NCBI RefSeq assembly: GCF_000143415.4
Contig: NW_003314263.1
Coordinates: forward strand, 3,668,451 to 3,732,450
Direction: 5' to 3'
Length of the DNA: 64,000 nt
Origin: Selaginella moellendorffii
Lineage: Eukaryota; Plantae; Lycopodiophyta
Below, one piece after another: positions 34,993 through 46,146 of the stretch. A program made the translations under genes and the position numbers. The notes under the pieces are model-generated. The model had not been told where the DNA came from. It saw only the letters and a program-made list of their open reading frames with translations, and made no database searches. Each line of letters begins with the position of its first letter. The first letter of the stretch is position 1.

Positions 34993-36858
34993 ATGAAATG
35001 TATTGTGGTTTTGGTCTCACTTGTCCTTGCTTCCTTAATATGCATCAACGTTTGGGTTCCTAGAATGATAAAATCATCATCATCTCCTGGTTATTACTTT
35101 CCTGATCTCGCACAAGATCATGGTTCTACCTGCTGGGAGGCCAGTTACTACGCTATAAACAACGATCCATTCTACAAGTGGGCAACTGGCTCCTCACTTC
35201 CAATGGCACTTAAGCTCAACGAGAAAGGCACTCTTGGCTACCAGCGGGCAAGTGTATGGAGAATCTCTGGAATGAAAGATGCCCGATCGAATGGTACAAG
35301 CATGTTCAACTCTCCAGATCCCCACGTTCTAGGAGGAGTCCTTCACCGTGTAAGTAAAGGTTTGGCTTGGGAGATGTCTATCAACTGGGGGATGAGTGTT
35401 CGACTCTGCATCACTTTGCCCAGAACGACTGGCGAGCCGTGTCTCTTCACTGCTCCTGTAGTTTGGACAAACAAGCTCCATGCAAATGGTACGGGCTCTT
35501 ATGCGGTCCTCATGGTGGGCGTTCCGTACAGAAAGGCCTCGTCAGACATGTTTTCGGTTAGCAGCAGCTCCCTGTATTTGCCCTGGGGAGATTACTTGAC
35601 CAACTTTGCGAGTAACGCTAGAACTCAACTTGGGCTCACGCTTGACAAAGACAAGGGAAACAACGTTAACAAGTATGTGTACCAAGGAAACGTATGTGAA
35701 GCATCCAAGCCCGTTTTCATTATTCCGGATGTAATATCGTATTTGGGATTTCCAACCCATCAGTGTGGCTGTGATGGGAACGTTTGCATCATTGACAGCA
35801 ACTTGACGCTGCTGTCAGATTCGGACCAAGGCATATCTCCTTTGAAGCTGAATTCTACAAGCTGTAGTAGCAGGACTTCCACTCTTTGGAATCTTGAGGG
35901 CATTCCAACGTTCTCTACATACAGCCTCAAACGAAACGGATCATTCACTTTTGAAGTGACATTTAGCTCTGGTTCAGCTGTAAATTTTTCAGAGGCGATG
36001 AAGGACGTTAACTATGGGATCATAAAGAACGTAAGCTCGTGTGTTCAGGGATGGCTGGAGCAACACCCGGTTGAAAAACCTCTTACAACCATCTCCCAGG
36101 ACTGTTCCCTTCAAGGCATCGCAAACGTTGATTATTCTCACAGCGGTCAAATGATATTTCGATTCCCACTTGCTGCATCGGGGATGAGAGCGACGTTTGA
36201 TTATAAAGTTCCCATTGGCAACACACAAGAGGACGTCTACTGTGGCATGGATCAAGGACAAGTAGCACTGAGCCAGAACTTGTGCATGCTAAACATGACG
36301 AAGCTCAAGTCCTCGGGAGAAATGTCAATGCTAGCACAGCAACTGGATGTCTTTGCAAACGTTGCGGACATAAAGAGGTTCGCCCTCAAGGAATGGGAGA
36401 AGGGGTCTTCAAAGAGAGCTGAAGTTCTCTTTGAGATCTTGGTGGCGATCTTCACGATCGGGGCCACAATCTGGGGAATGTTTGCCAAGTCATCGGAGAA
36501 CTTTGAGAAGTCGCTCATCAGATTTGTTTGGACAGAGTTTCAACTTTCAGTGCTTAGAACATTTGCACGGGCCTTAATCCTCATTGGAGTGATGATATGG
36601 AACACATTCAGCATATTTCAGATGATCAAAGAGGTGGAACTAAAGCGTTGTCTTGCCACCTCTGGAACAATCATCCAGCCGTTGAACGGTATCAGCTTTT
36701 TGGTCACCACCACCTCCACTATTGAAGTGATGCCCAGGTGGTCAATCTTATTTTGGGTGTGCTCACTGGAATTTGTTATCTTTGTGGCAGCAGTAGTTCT
36801 AATCTTTCATAGAATGCGCAAATCCGAAGAGCTTAAGACAGCAGAGATCAACTTGTAA
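34993..36858 (+). CDS. Uncharacterised intronless 4TM protein with large Cys-rich extracellular loop (divergent paralog, 621 aa)
   Basis: N-terminal hydrophobic anchor and three C-terminal hydrophobic helices. Shares motifs STCWEA, DPFYxW, GTLxYQRASxWR, SPDPHxLGG, GVPYRKAS, YVYxGxVC, CxCDGNxC and CGMDxGQ with the ORFs at 54169 and 60307. Confidence 0.85.
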   Translation: MKCIVVLVSLVLASLICINVWVPRMIKSSSSPGYYFPDLAQDHGSTCWEASYYAINNDPFYKWATGSSLPMALKLNEKGTLGYQRASVWRISGMKDARSNGTSMFNSPDPHVLGGVLHRVSKGLAWEMSINWGMSVRLCITLPRTTGEPCLFTAPVVWTNKLHANGTGSYAVLMVGVPYRKASSDMFSVSSSSLYLPWGDYLTNFASNARTQLGLTLDKDKGNNVNKYVYQGNVCEASKPVFIIPDVISYLGFPTHQCGCDGNVCIIDSNLTLLSDSDQGISPLKLNSTSCSSRTSTLWNLEGIPTFSTYSLKRNGSFTFEVTFSSGSAVNFSEAMKDVNYGIIKNVSSCVQGWLEQHPVEKPLTTISQDCSLQGIANVDYSHSGQMIFRFPLAASGMRATFDYKVPIGNTQEDVYCGMDQGQVALSQNLCMLNMTKLKSSGEMSMLAQQLDVFANVADIKRFALKEWEKGSSKRAEVLFEILVAIFTIGATIWGMFAKSSENFEKSLIRFVWTEFQLSVLRTFARALILIGVMIWNTFSIFQMIKEVELKRCLATSGTIIQPLNGISFLVTTTSTIEVMPRWSILFWVCSLEFVIFVAAVVLIFHRMRKSEELKTAEINL

Positions 36859-36927
36859 TGAATAAATATTTGGTGTGTGTTTGTGGATTATCAGAATATA
36901 TATTTAAGGAGAAACTAAATTATTGTA

Positions 36928-39003
36928 ATGTATAGAGTTCTGGATGCTACGAGTTCTTGCTACTCAACTACGAAGTCTTCTTCTTCTTTTTGTGATTCTT
37001 CAACTCAGCCTGGCAAATCCTTTGTCTCGATTCTAAATCGATCGCGATTGAAAGAGGTCATCCAGCATCTCCAGGTCGATCACCAGCATCTAGATGACAA
37101 CGACTACGCTTCTCTCCTCCGGAAATGCATCGAATTCAAAGCTCTCACCGAGGGCCGCGACCTCCACACCCTCATCTCCAAGGGAGAGTACGGACAGAGC
37201 TCCTACCTTTGCAATCTCCTCACCCAGCTGTACGGGAAATGCGGCCACCTCCATGCCGCGAGGGGAATATTCGACTCCCTGGGTGAGAGGAGGAACGTTT
37301 ATTCCTGGAATATCATGATCACGGCATATGCCCAGAACGGGCGTCTGGAGGAGGCCAAGGAGATCTTTGACCGGTCGCCACAAAGGACCATGGTGACGTA
37401 TAACGCAATGGTCACGGCATATTCCCAGAACGGGCATCTCCAGCGTGCCAAGGCCTTGTTTGATGGGATGGAGCAGCGAGACATTGTGTCGTGGAACGCC
37501 ATGCTCGCAGCATATGCCCAGAGCGGGCACGACACCCAGACCGTCGATCTCTTTAAGTCCATGGACATCGACGGCGTCACGCCCAACCACGTGTCGCTCA
37601 TCTCTGCGCTGGACGCGTGCGGCAGGGTCGGGGAGCTGCGGCTCGCAGACGCACTGTACGACGCGGCGTTGACTCTTGGGTGTACGGGCGACTACAAGGT
37701 GTGTACGGCACTGGTCAATGCGTACGGCCGGTGTGGCAGCCCGGGCGATGCCAAGCGGATATTCGACTCCCTGGAGATGGCGAGCAAGAGCGACGAGATC
37801 GCAGCCTGGAATGCGTTGCTCTGCGCGTATCTGGTGGGCGAGAACCTTAGCGATGCCAAATCGCTATTCGATTTCATGCCCGCGCGCGATCACATCTCCT
37901 GGAACATCATGATGGTCGCGTTTGGGCGAAGTGGATTCCATCGCCAAGCCCTGGATTGCTTCCGGCTAATGGATCTCAATGGAATCGCCCCGGACAGCGC
38001 CACTTTCGCGAATCTGCTGGATTCGTGCCCCACACTGGAAGACGGCAAGACCGTACACGCTTGCGCGGAGGAGAGCGGCTACGCGGCCCATCTCATGGTG
38101 GCCACCTCGGTGGTGGACATGTACGGCAAGTGCGGTGACGTGGCCGCTGCCAGGCGGGCCTTTGACGCCATGCTGGAGCGTGACGTGGTGGCGTGGAACG
38201 CCATGGTGGCGGCATACTCGCACAACGGTCACGGCCACGAGGCCCTGGAGATATTCCGTACGATGGATCTCGAGGGGGTGAATCCCAGCGAGAGCACGTT
38301 TGTGTCGGCCGTCGATGCATGTACGGCGGTGGCGGATCGGGCGGTGGGGAGGCTCTTGCACGGAGTTATCGTGGACAGCGGGTACAAACTCCACGGCAAA
38401 GTGCTCAACGCACTGGTGACTATGTACGGCAAGTGTGGAGATCTTGTACGGGCGAGGGCGATGTTTGATGGCTTGTCCACGGTAGATCCTATCCTGTGGA
38501 ATGCGATGATCGGAGCATGTGCCCAGTTTGGGCATATGCCCGATGCTTTGGAGCTCTTGAGGGAAATGCTCCAGTGTGGAGCTTCTCCGACCACTGTGAC
38601 TTTCACGAGCTCTCTGGTGGGTTGTAGCCGGAGTGGGTTCTTCGAGGAGTCGAGGGAATTGTTTCTCGCAATGCAAGACTGTGGATTGGATCCCAATGGC
38701 GAGCACTTCCATTGCATGGTTGATCTCTTGTGTCGCGCCGGGAAGCTCCGGGAGGCTCGGGATTTGATCGTTAGCATGCCATTTGAGGCGGATTTCCCTG
38801 CGTGGTCGGCTCTTGTCAGTGCTTGTAGCGTTCATGGAGATTCCAAGCTTGGGAGAGAGGTGGCGAATGAAGTGATCTCTTTGGTTCCGGAGGATTCGGG
38901 GCTTTATGTCTGTCTCTCCAAGGTCTTTTCCTCCGCGGGCATGCAAGATGAGGTGGCGAGACTAGAGCAAAAGAGAAAAGATCTTTTGCTCAAATCAAAG
39001 TAA
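36928..39003 (+). CDS. PLS-class pentatricopeptide repeat protein with E domain, no DYW (691 aa)
   Basis: Repeats such as RNVYSWNIMITAYAQNG, LVNAYGRCG and VDMYGKCG, followed by HFHCMVDLLCRAG and WSALVSACSVHGD. The ORF ends without a DYW domain. Confidence 0.93.
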   Translation: MYRVLDATSSCYSTTKSSSSFCDSSTQPGKSFVSILNRSRLKEVIQHLQVDHQHLDDNDYASLLRKCIEFKALTEGRDLHTLISKGEYGQSSYLCNLLTQLYGKCGHLHAARGIFDSLGERRNVYSWNIMITAYAQNGRLEEAKEIFDRSPQRTMVTYNAMVTAYSQNGHLQRAKALFDGMEQRDIVSWNAMLAAYAQSGHDTQTVDLFKSMDIDGVTPNHVSLISALDACGRVGELRLADALYDAALTLGCTGDYKVCTALVNAYGRCGSPGDAKRIFDSLEMASKSDEIAAWNALLCAYLVGENLSDAKSLFDFMPARDHISWNIMMVAFGRSGFHRQALDCFRLMDLNGIAPDSATFANLLDSCPTLEDGKTVHACAEESGYAAHLMVATSVVDMYGKCGDVAAARRAFDAMLERDVVAWNAMVAAYSHNGHGHEALEIFRTMDLEGVNPSESTFVSAVDACTAVADRAVGRLLHGVIVDSGYKLHGKVLNALVTMYGKCGDLVRARAMFDGLSTVDPILWNAMIGACAQFGHMPDALELLREMLQCGASPTTVTFTSSLVGCSRSGFFEESRELFLAMQDCGLDPNGEHFHCMVDLLCRAGKLREARDLIVSMPFEADFPAWSALVSACSVHGDSKLGREVANEVISLVPEDSGLYVCLSKVFSSAGMQDEVARLEQKRKDLLLKSK

Positions 39004-39009
39004 GGCTTT

Positions 39010-39650
39010 AGTAGTGTTATAGAATGCTGTTCTAAAGAGTGCTCGAGAGAGAGAGCAGCCATTAGACTTTGCAACTATGATTCGCCATTGTGCCGACTTT
39101 GGCAAAGGGTCCCTGGATACACAGCCAGATTGAAAGGGAGAACGTTTTCCTGGCAAATCTGCTCGGCCAGATGTATGGAAAATGCTGTGGCACTAGTGAT
39201 GCCAAGCGAGCGTTCGACACCATCGACGCCAAGAACGTTTTCTCGTGGTCTTCAATGGTGATGCATATGGGCATCTGGAAGGTGCCAAACTTATCTTTGA
39301 CAACATCCCGGTTCGAGATATTGCTGCATGGAATACAGTGCTTGGTTCATATGCACAACACGCCAACGTTGACAATGCAAGATGCTAACCCGGATCCAAA
39401 CTTCTTTGTCCTAATTACGGCTTATGCCGAAAGTGGGTATATGTCCAGCGTAAAGCAATGTTTGATTCCATGTCACCTCGAAATGCAATCGCAATGCTTG
39501 CTGGATATGCAAGACTAGTGCGAAGAAGTAAGGCTTTCGTCAAAGACGGAGTTTCTTTGTATGTGTATAATCCGATGAAGAGCCAGTTGGTCTCTCGATG
39601 ATTCTTCCGAAAGATGCCCCAGCATGACACTATAACAGTGACGGCAATTT
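39010..39650 (+). pseudogene. PPR pseudogene, inverted paralog of the 46147-47178 type
   Basis: LAKGPWIHSQI...ENVFLANLLGQMYGKC...DAKRAFDTIDAKNVFSW with frameshifts and deletions. The upstream tagtagtg...tagaatgc.gttcta matches the reverse complement of 47170-47200. Confidence 0.85.
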
Positions 39651-40345
39651 GGCATTTGTCGCGAGGGACAACCTTGTTTAAGCCAGAAAGGAATGGCGAT
39701 GACTTTGAGAGCTCAGCGGAGTTAGTCCGCTAGCCAAGCACTCGACCAAGAACAGGAACTCGAACCGGCTGGAATGGATCAAGTCTAGAGTCGAAGAGAC
39801 ATCCTCCTGGAAAACCAGCATCAGTGTGAGTGTAAGCATTGTCCGAAAGAACTTACGCTGCCATGCAAAGCTTTGATCTTCATATGCGGCAAGCTGACTC
39901 CTGGAACGCTCAAAGGAACATAATCCGTTGCCTCTCTGGGGAGGCCTCCTCGACGTTATCCCCCCGGAACAAGCGCTACTTTAGTGTATCTGGAAAGAAG
40001 CAGCGATCCTAGTGATGGAAAAAAAAAATCAAAGAAAAACAAAGTTGGTCAAGGAGTTTGAGACAAGGTACCTAGCATATCATGGATCGTCCCATAGCCG
40101 CTGGAATTTAAAATTTCTCAACGCGATCTGGAGATAGAAAATAAAGAGTGAGAAACAATAAAAAAAAAAATTCACTCAAATGGTCTTCTTTCCATCTCAT
40201 ACGTTTCGAGAAGCGTGGAGCGTCAAGTACCGCAGACACCTTCCTTGCGAGATTATGTACGTAGTGCATTTTTCCCTCCCAAGAACCCTAAAAATCTGAT
40301 TTAAACCCGATTTTGGCGCCAAAAAGAAAAGGGTAGAGGTCTAGG

Positions 40346-41230
40346 TTGCATGCCGGTGCGCAGCGGCGGGGCGATTCCAAGCAAGTCTCTCGCCAGTGGA
40401 ATCAACAGGTGCGTGATGTAGCGGATGTGAGGCGATTCGACAATCTTTTAGCCGAGGATCGAGCAGTCGGTCAGGTCAGGTCGGCGCAGGCGAATTTCAT
40501 GACTGTCGTGGTGAACGAGCTGGAGCGCTCGATGAGCTTGCAAGAAGAGGGCTTTAGAGCAGGGATTAAGCTTCTTTGCGTGGTGAGAGCACTTCTCCAA
40601 AATACCAGTGGCTAATGTTGATTTGCTACTGGTGCTGGATAGGCCGCGCTTGGATCCTGTGATAATGAATAGGTTCTTAGTCGAAGGCGAGTCTACTGGA
40701 ATACCTCTAGCAGTGGTGCTCAGTAAGGCGGATCTTGTTACTCTGGAGGTACCCGTTTTATTTCTTTTGCAAAGCTGATAGAAGGATCATCTTTAGTTTT
40801 CAGATGAAAGATAGCTGGGAGAAGCAGCTGATGGAGTCGGGATATAAACTATACATATGCAGTGTAGAGACTGGTATGGGGCCTCTTCATGAAGATAAAA
40901 CATCAGTTGTTTTTGGCCCAAGTGGAGTCCGAAAATCGAGCTTGATCAACTTTCTACGTGGAAAATCTTGCCTTCCACCAGATGACATCCAGGTCTGTAT
41001 ACCTTCGAAGTTCGTCTGAAACTAACTTGTCGCGTGTACAGGCACTAGACGAAGTCGACAATGAAGTCATTCGCGTGTAGTAACGGACTGGATCCGGTCG
41101 ACACACGATGCGGCACATTTCTCTTGCATCTGCCATTTAGAGGGGCTATGCTCGCTGACACTCCAGGTTTCAGCTATCCCAGCTTGTCAATGGTGACAAG
41201 GAACTCATTAGCATTGCTTTTCCCCCAGGT
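40346..41230 (+). pseudogene. RsgA/EngC-like circularly permuted GTPase (plastid/mitochondrial type) pseudogene
   Basis: AVGQVRSAQANFMTVVV, LLCVVRALL, ANVDLLLV...NRFLVEGESTGIP..VVLSKADLV, mutated P-loop GPSGVRKSSLIN, and LADTPGFSYPSL. Internal deletions and frameshifts. Confidence 0.8.
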
Positions 41231-41829
41231 ATTTTTTGTCAGCTTCTTCTTATCGCGATTGTGAGCATAGCTGTGGTCTCAGCTTTTACTTCTCAGCTAG
41301 ACAGGTAAAGGTGACTTACACCTTTTCTTTTCGTCTTTTCTATTGTCTAGGATCAAGGCCTGGATACAATAGCCGAAGGCTCAAGATATCAACGAAGGAA
41401 GAGCAATGCCTTATTTCAAGTGCCGATAAATCCGTACAGGAAATGGACAGGCTTATCGACGAGATTGACAGCAAGTCATGTCCGCGGGTGGCCTACGGGA
41501 GTTTAGCCTCACACGAGCAGCAAAGCAGCAGCAACATCAACCTGACAACGCCGCTGAACCCCCCGTGTCTGGACAAGGTCATGTCTCTCCACTCTCGTCA
41601 GGGTGGTCGCAGAGCATTCGGTTGGCTTGGTCGTGCTGATGATCTGGAAGCACAGGCTTGACAGGCACTGCAAGGCTTGCCTCAAAAGTATACATACAAG
41701 GAGCTGGCGAGTGGGAACCTCGCTTCGAGTAAATGCTTCAGAGGCGTATTGGATGTTAGAAACTTGGACAGCCTTTTTTTGGGAGAAGCTTGCGAATTCT
41801 CCAGAGCTACCTGTAAAACAAAAACTCAG

Positions 41830-42390
41830 CACGAGGTCTCGATCTCCCCGGTAAGCTGTAGGAGCTGCTGCGTCGCGTGCTTAACTGGGAGAAAAAAAAA
41901 GGAGAAGAAAGGAAAGAAACAGAACACTCTCCATAAAAACTGTGCAAGCCAATGAACGAGAGAGGAAGAGTAGCTCTGGACCTAGGGCCTGCTCCAGCTT
42001 AAAAAGCCGCTGGAACGTAAAGAGAAGCTCTTCGCCTTCACTGCAATGACGACCGACCTTATGTGTTTGTTTACTCAGTCAATTGGACTTTCGGGCAGAC
42101 GAAGACACATGAACCATGAGAGAAAGGGCAGTGTGGTATGTGAGTGTCTTTTCAGGCTCTTTGGGTGCTCGTACTATGGACACGGACGAAACCAAGAAGG
42201 CGATGCTTTGCTTCTTACTCGGATTTAGCCCTGGACATTTTGTTTGCTTTCTTTACTTCCTGGTGGGTCGCATCTTGAGTCTGGAAGAGTGGTCGTCTAG
42301 CAACAACAGAGATTCATGGCCATGGACAAGGGAGCCAACATCGAAAGCCGTTACCTCGTGAAGAGCCTAAGTATCAACTCCAGGGAAATA
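41830..42390 (-). repeat. Inverted dispersed copy of the segment at ~580-1040 / 10240-10690 / 16225-16675
   Basis: Shared reverse-complement blocks: gtcgtctagcaacaacagagattcatg, aacatcgaaagccgttacctc, caattggactttcgggcagacga, gaagagtagctctgga. Confidence 0.85.
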
Positions 42391-42789
42391 CAGGCAAAAC
42401 ACATGTGGTGATAAGAACATTCCACAGTCTCAGGTGCTTGATCTCAGGCAACTCTTGAAGTTGAAATGCTTCCAGGCAATAAATTGCGAGTTTTCTTTTC
42501 CCACGATAATTACAGCTTTGCAGCTAGATTTAGGAACTGGAGCACAGTGGATTCAGTTAAACGTATCCATTGCCAAAGCATAAATGAGATGTTAGACCTT
42601 TTCTCGTAGTAGAAACACGCCCAGCGTAACGAGACGGGAAGGAAACCTGTTGAGTACAAGCACAAGGAAAAAAGCAAACCGCTGATTGTCATACCTCTTC
42701 GTCATGGTGATTGTTCTGCACATTTAAGACGTTCGCAGGAAGCAGCAAATAATTCGGCCTCATCTGGGTGTCAGCACACGAGCAGTTTA

Positions 42790-43870
42790 TCGTCGTAGTA
42801 AATGGGGCTCCTCATTCTCCGCACACATGTCAATGTTCTTGCTTAGACCGTAGGAAGAGAACATCGAAGATGTAGTTGTTCTCGCTCTTCATTTACGTGG
42901 TCCTGCGTTGCATGTCTGTGGTTCGATCCACCAACGATGACGGCCTCCTCTTCCAGCAAGCTCTTGACAGAAGCATGAGAAAGCCAAGTCAACCAGTAGT
43001 TTCACTTTTTTTGGCTTCCTTGATCCTAGAGATTGTGGTTTTGGTCACCATGTGGCATGGTGACAAGGAACAGCTTCGCCTCCTCCAAAGACTTTGCATG
43101 CCATCTGAAATGATCTGGCAGTGTATCCAGCGACCTTTTGCCAAGTCCTTCGATTTGGCACACTGACGAATCAATGGGGTGGCTGGCTGCTCTCTCGAGA
43201 TCATCATCTCCGCTTACGCCCAGGCCGGGCACCTCCAAACCGCCGAGGACGTCTTCTCGGACGGCAATAGGTTTACACTACTACTACATTCTTGCCGAGG
43301 AAAAGACCTTCGATAAGAGAGCTCGTCAAACTTCCGCAATAAAGAGGATTATCTACAAAACAAAATTATGCAAATTGCAAATACCTAGAGTCCCATCAGC
43401 TTTCACGTGATTATGATATTTCCAAAGTCGTCACGCTGCGCTCCTATCCCTTCGAACATAATTCTCACCTCCTCATCTCTCCATGAGCAGGGATGATCGT
43501 GTTCCATGCGACTGTGTTGGGCATGAGCTTGAAGATGCCCTTTGCCTCAGAGAATATTGCCTGATCGAGGTAAACCCATCATCCTGTTGAAGACGTCCTG
43601 TGCATCGCTGATTTCTCCAGCCTTTATGTCAAACAATGGCGTGCAAGAAGCCACACTCGGGTTTTTCATCCTGTGCACCATCGCCTTGGCTGTCTCAAGA
43701 TCCCACTCTCGGCGATCATCCCCAGAGGTCCACAGCCGGATCCTTTGCCAGCCTGAACACCTCCTTGGCCTTGTCCATAAGCACCCTCTGGGTATACGTC
43801 GATGCGTGTGGAATGCAATGACTGGAGCATATGCCCAGATTGGGCATATGCTCGATGCTCTAGTACAAGT
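42790..43870 (-). pseudogene. Scrambled PPR and cassette fragments
   Basis: IRQCAKSKDLAKGRWIHCQIISD joined directly to HAKSLEEAKLFLVTMP (large internal deletion). Further PPR pieces lie at ~43430-43870 in both orientations. Confidence 0.7.
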
Positions 43871-45169
43871 GATGCCAAGCGAGCCAAGAACGTTTTATTG
43901 TGTGGAGAGAATTTTGTTTTAAAAGTAAACATTTAATATTTATGAAAAGATAATAACTACAATTCAAGAACAAAGCCAAGAGGGAAAATAATAGTACTAT
44001 GTCCGTCTCAATCTCAACATCAACAAGTAATCACAAAAACCACTGAGTGGCAAAAATCAAAACTAAAAGCATATACTGTTGCATGGATTGGTTCATATGC
44101 ATGTTGCTGCAAGATTCTCTTTGATCCTAACCCTTGTTATGGACAACAGCATATGTTTGATTCCATGTTGCCAGACTCGGCATGACACTATATCGCCAAC
44201 TGCAAGGGCCAGTCTTCTTTGGTATGCCCTATCGCTGTCACCAAGGCATTCCAAGTCGCTATACTCCACTTAGAACAAGCCTCGTCCGACTTCAAGCCGC
44301 TCACATTGACCATCGAGCACAGTCCTTGTCAAAGTAGCGTTTTGTGTCTAGAAGACGATTCTCAGCATTATCTTGCTGAGGGCTCTGAACTTCCCTACTC
44401 CACAGCTCCCAAGAGAGAGCATCGTCGCCCAGATCCACGCCGATGGCTGTTCTTCGCGTGTCGCCTCGCGCCCATTCTGCCCTGCTCATGAAAAGCCTTG
44501 CATTGTGCTTGTTTGCATGCTCGTAAGTCCCATTCTCTTGTTTTGTTTCTCTTTAATGTTCTCCAGGCCGAATCAATGAAGCCAAGCAAAGTGTAACCAC
44601 AAGTTGACTCGGCTTTCTAATGCTTCTGGTGGGCCAGATCTTTAGCGCAACGTTCGAGTTTTCAGACGTCCATAAAACACAAAACCAATGAAGAGTCTAG
44701 CAAATGAAATAAAAGGAAGAGATAGAGATTCTTTCATGACTGCAAGCTGTATGTCGTCTATGGATGCTATGCTTTTTGGTGGAGAATGTGGCTGCTTCTA
44801 TTCCAATCGCTTGGGCAGTCCACCTAGTGTCGTAAATTATGAATATGGTTCTCTCACATTTTACACGCTTTGAAATGTTTATGGTATTTGGACTATTGCT
44901 TTGAGTTTCTATGGTACACCACATCTTAGATATATTATACTTAATTTCAGAAATATAAGACTATCAATAAGGGGGTGTCTTCAAAACCGAATGTGCATTT
45001 TGCTTTATAAAAAGAAAGTATGACTAAAGTGAATATGAAAAGAAAGAAGAATAAAGCTTGAAGTCGATACTTAGCATTTGGATCTTTGCTTTTCGGGCTA
45101 GTGTTTCTTTTGCAGTGTACCCCTTTCATTTTAACCTTGAATTTCGCTTGGAAGCACAGTTCTCCAGTT

Positions 45170-45600
45170 ATTTCATGCGAATGTACACACCAAAAGTAAC
45201 TGAAAAATACAAATTAGATTGCAATGTTGAGGTTGTAGTCGCTAGGAACGAGATCCCATTGAGCTGCTGGAGAAGTGTTTCTGAAGTGGCAAGGCGAGGC
45301 TCACAAGCCTTTATGAACACGTCACACCCACGAGCACAAACACTCCCATCTTAAACAATGGAAGTCCCACAACTTTGGTGACCTTTTACGATCAAACTTC
45401 TTGCAACTCCCTCATGACAATCCTAATAGTAATCCTTGATCTCTCTGCCGAAGTGCTCTCCCTTCTTTACAAACCTATGCGTCTGCTCTTAAAGCTTGTG
45501 CCGCCCAAGGTCAGGTGGCAAGGTGGCGCAGAGGATTTTCTAATGATGCCTGGAGGAATTTGCTATCGGGCATCCGCAGTTGTGACCCAAGAGGATCATG
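45170..45600 (-). pseudogene. Heavily deleted relic of the 4TM family (C-terminal part)
   Basis: gttgaggttgtagtcgctaggaacgagatcccattgagctgctggag...gtggcaag and cttaaacaatggaagtcc match 54308-54490. Confidence 0.75.
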
Positions 45601-46146
45601 GAATGACAGCGTAGGTAGTATATAAGCTAGTGTTTGAGAATTCGTGAGGCAGGCTGGTGCTCCTTAGGAGTTCGAATTCCCCAAGCTGGGATGTCTTTGA
45701 GAGTAGATACGAGAGAGTGATCATCTTGAGGCTTTCTGTCATCTGTATAAGTGGCTCGAGTTGGTTGTTGAGATTAGAGAGAATTGACCTGAATTTCATG
45801 GAGATTGTCGTGCAAATTTGAGAGCGTTCGCAGGAAGCAGCAAATAGTTCGGCCTCAGCCTGTGCACAGCGTACAAGAAGTCTGAAGCAGTTCATCTTGC
45901 AATAACACCACCAAAGCAGCGGTTGCTCGTTCTCCGGAAACAAGTCAATGTTCTTAGACCGCAGGAAGAGATCCTGGTATAACATCGAAGTTGTAGTTGT
46001 TCTCGCTCTTCATTTCCATGGTCTTTCCCTTCCGCAATAGAGTCTTGTGCATCCTGTGTTGCATGGCTGTGGTTCGATCCACCAACGTTGACGCCTCCAC
46101 TTCCAGCAAGCTCATGACAGAAGCATTAGCCAAGTCAACTAGTGGT

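Noticed and set aside
34993-36858. 4TM family as a viral envelope or HAP2-type fusogen
   Set aside because: No flanking LTR, gag or pol sequence, no motif I recognise, and the 1+3 TM layout does not fit single-pass fusogens. A structure search would settle it.
37966-38946. 326-aa antisense ORF and other overlapping ORFs within PPR, F-box and 4TM genes
   Set aside because: Shadow frames of GC-rich coding sequence with no recognisable motifs.
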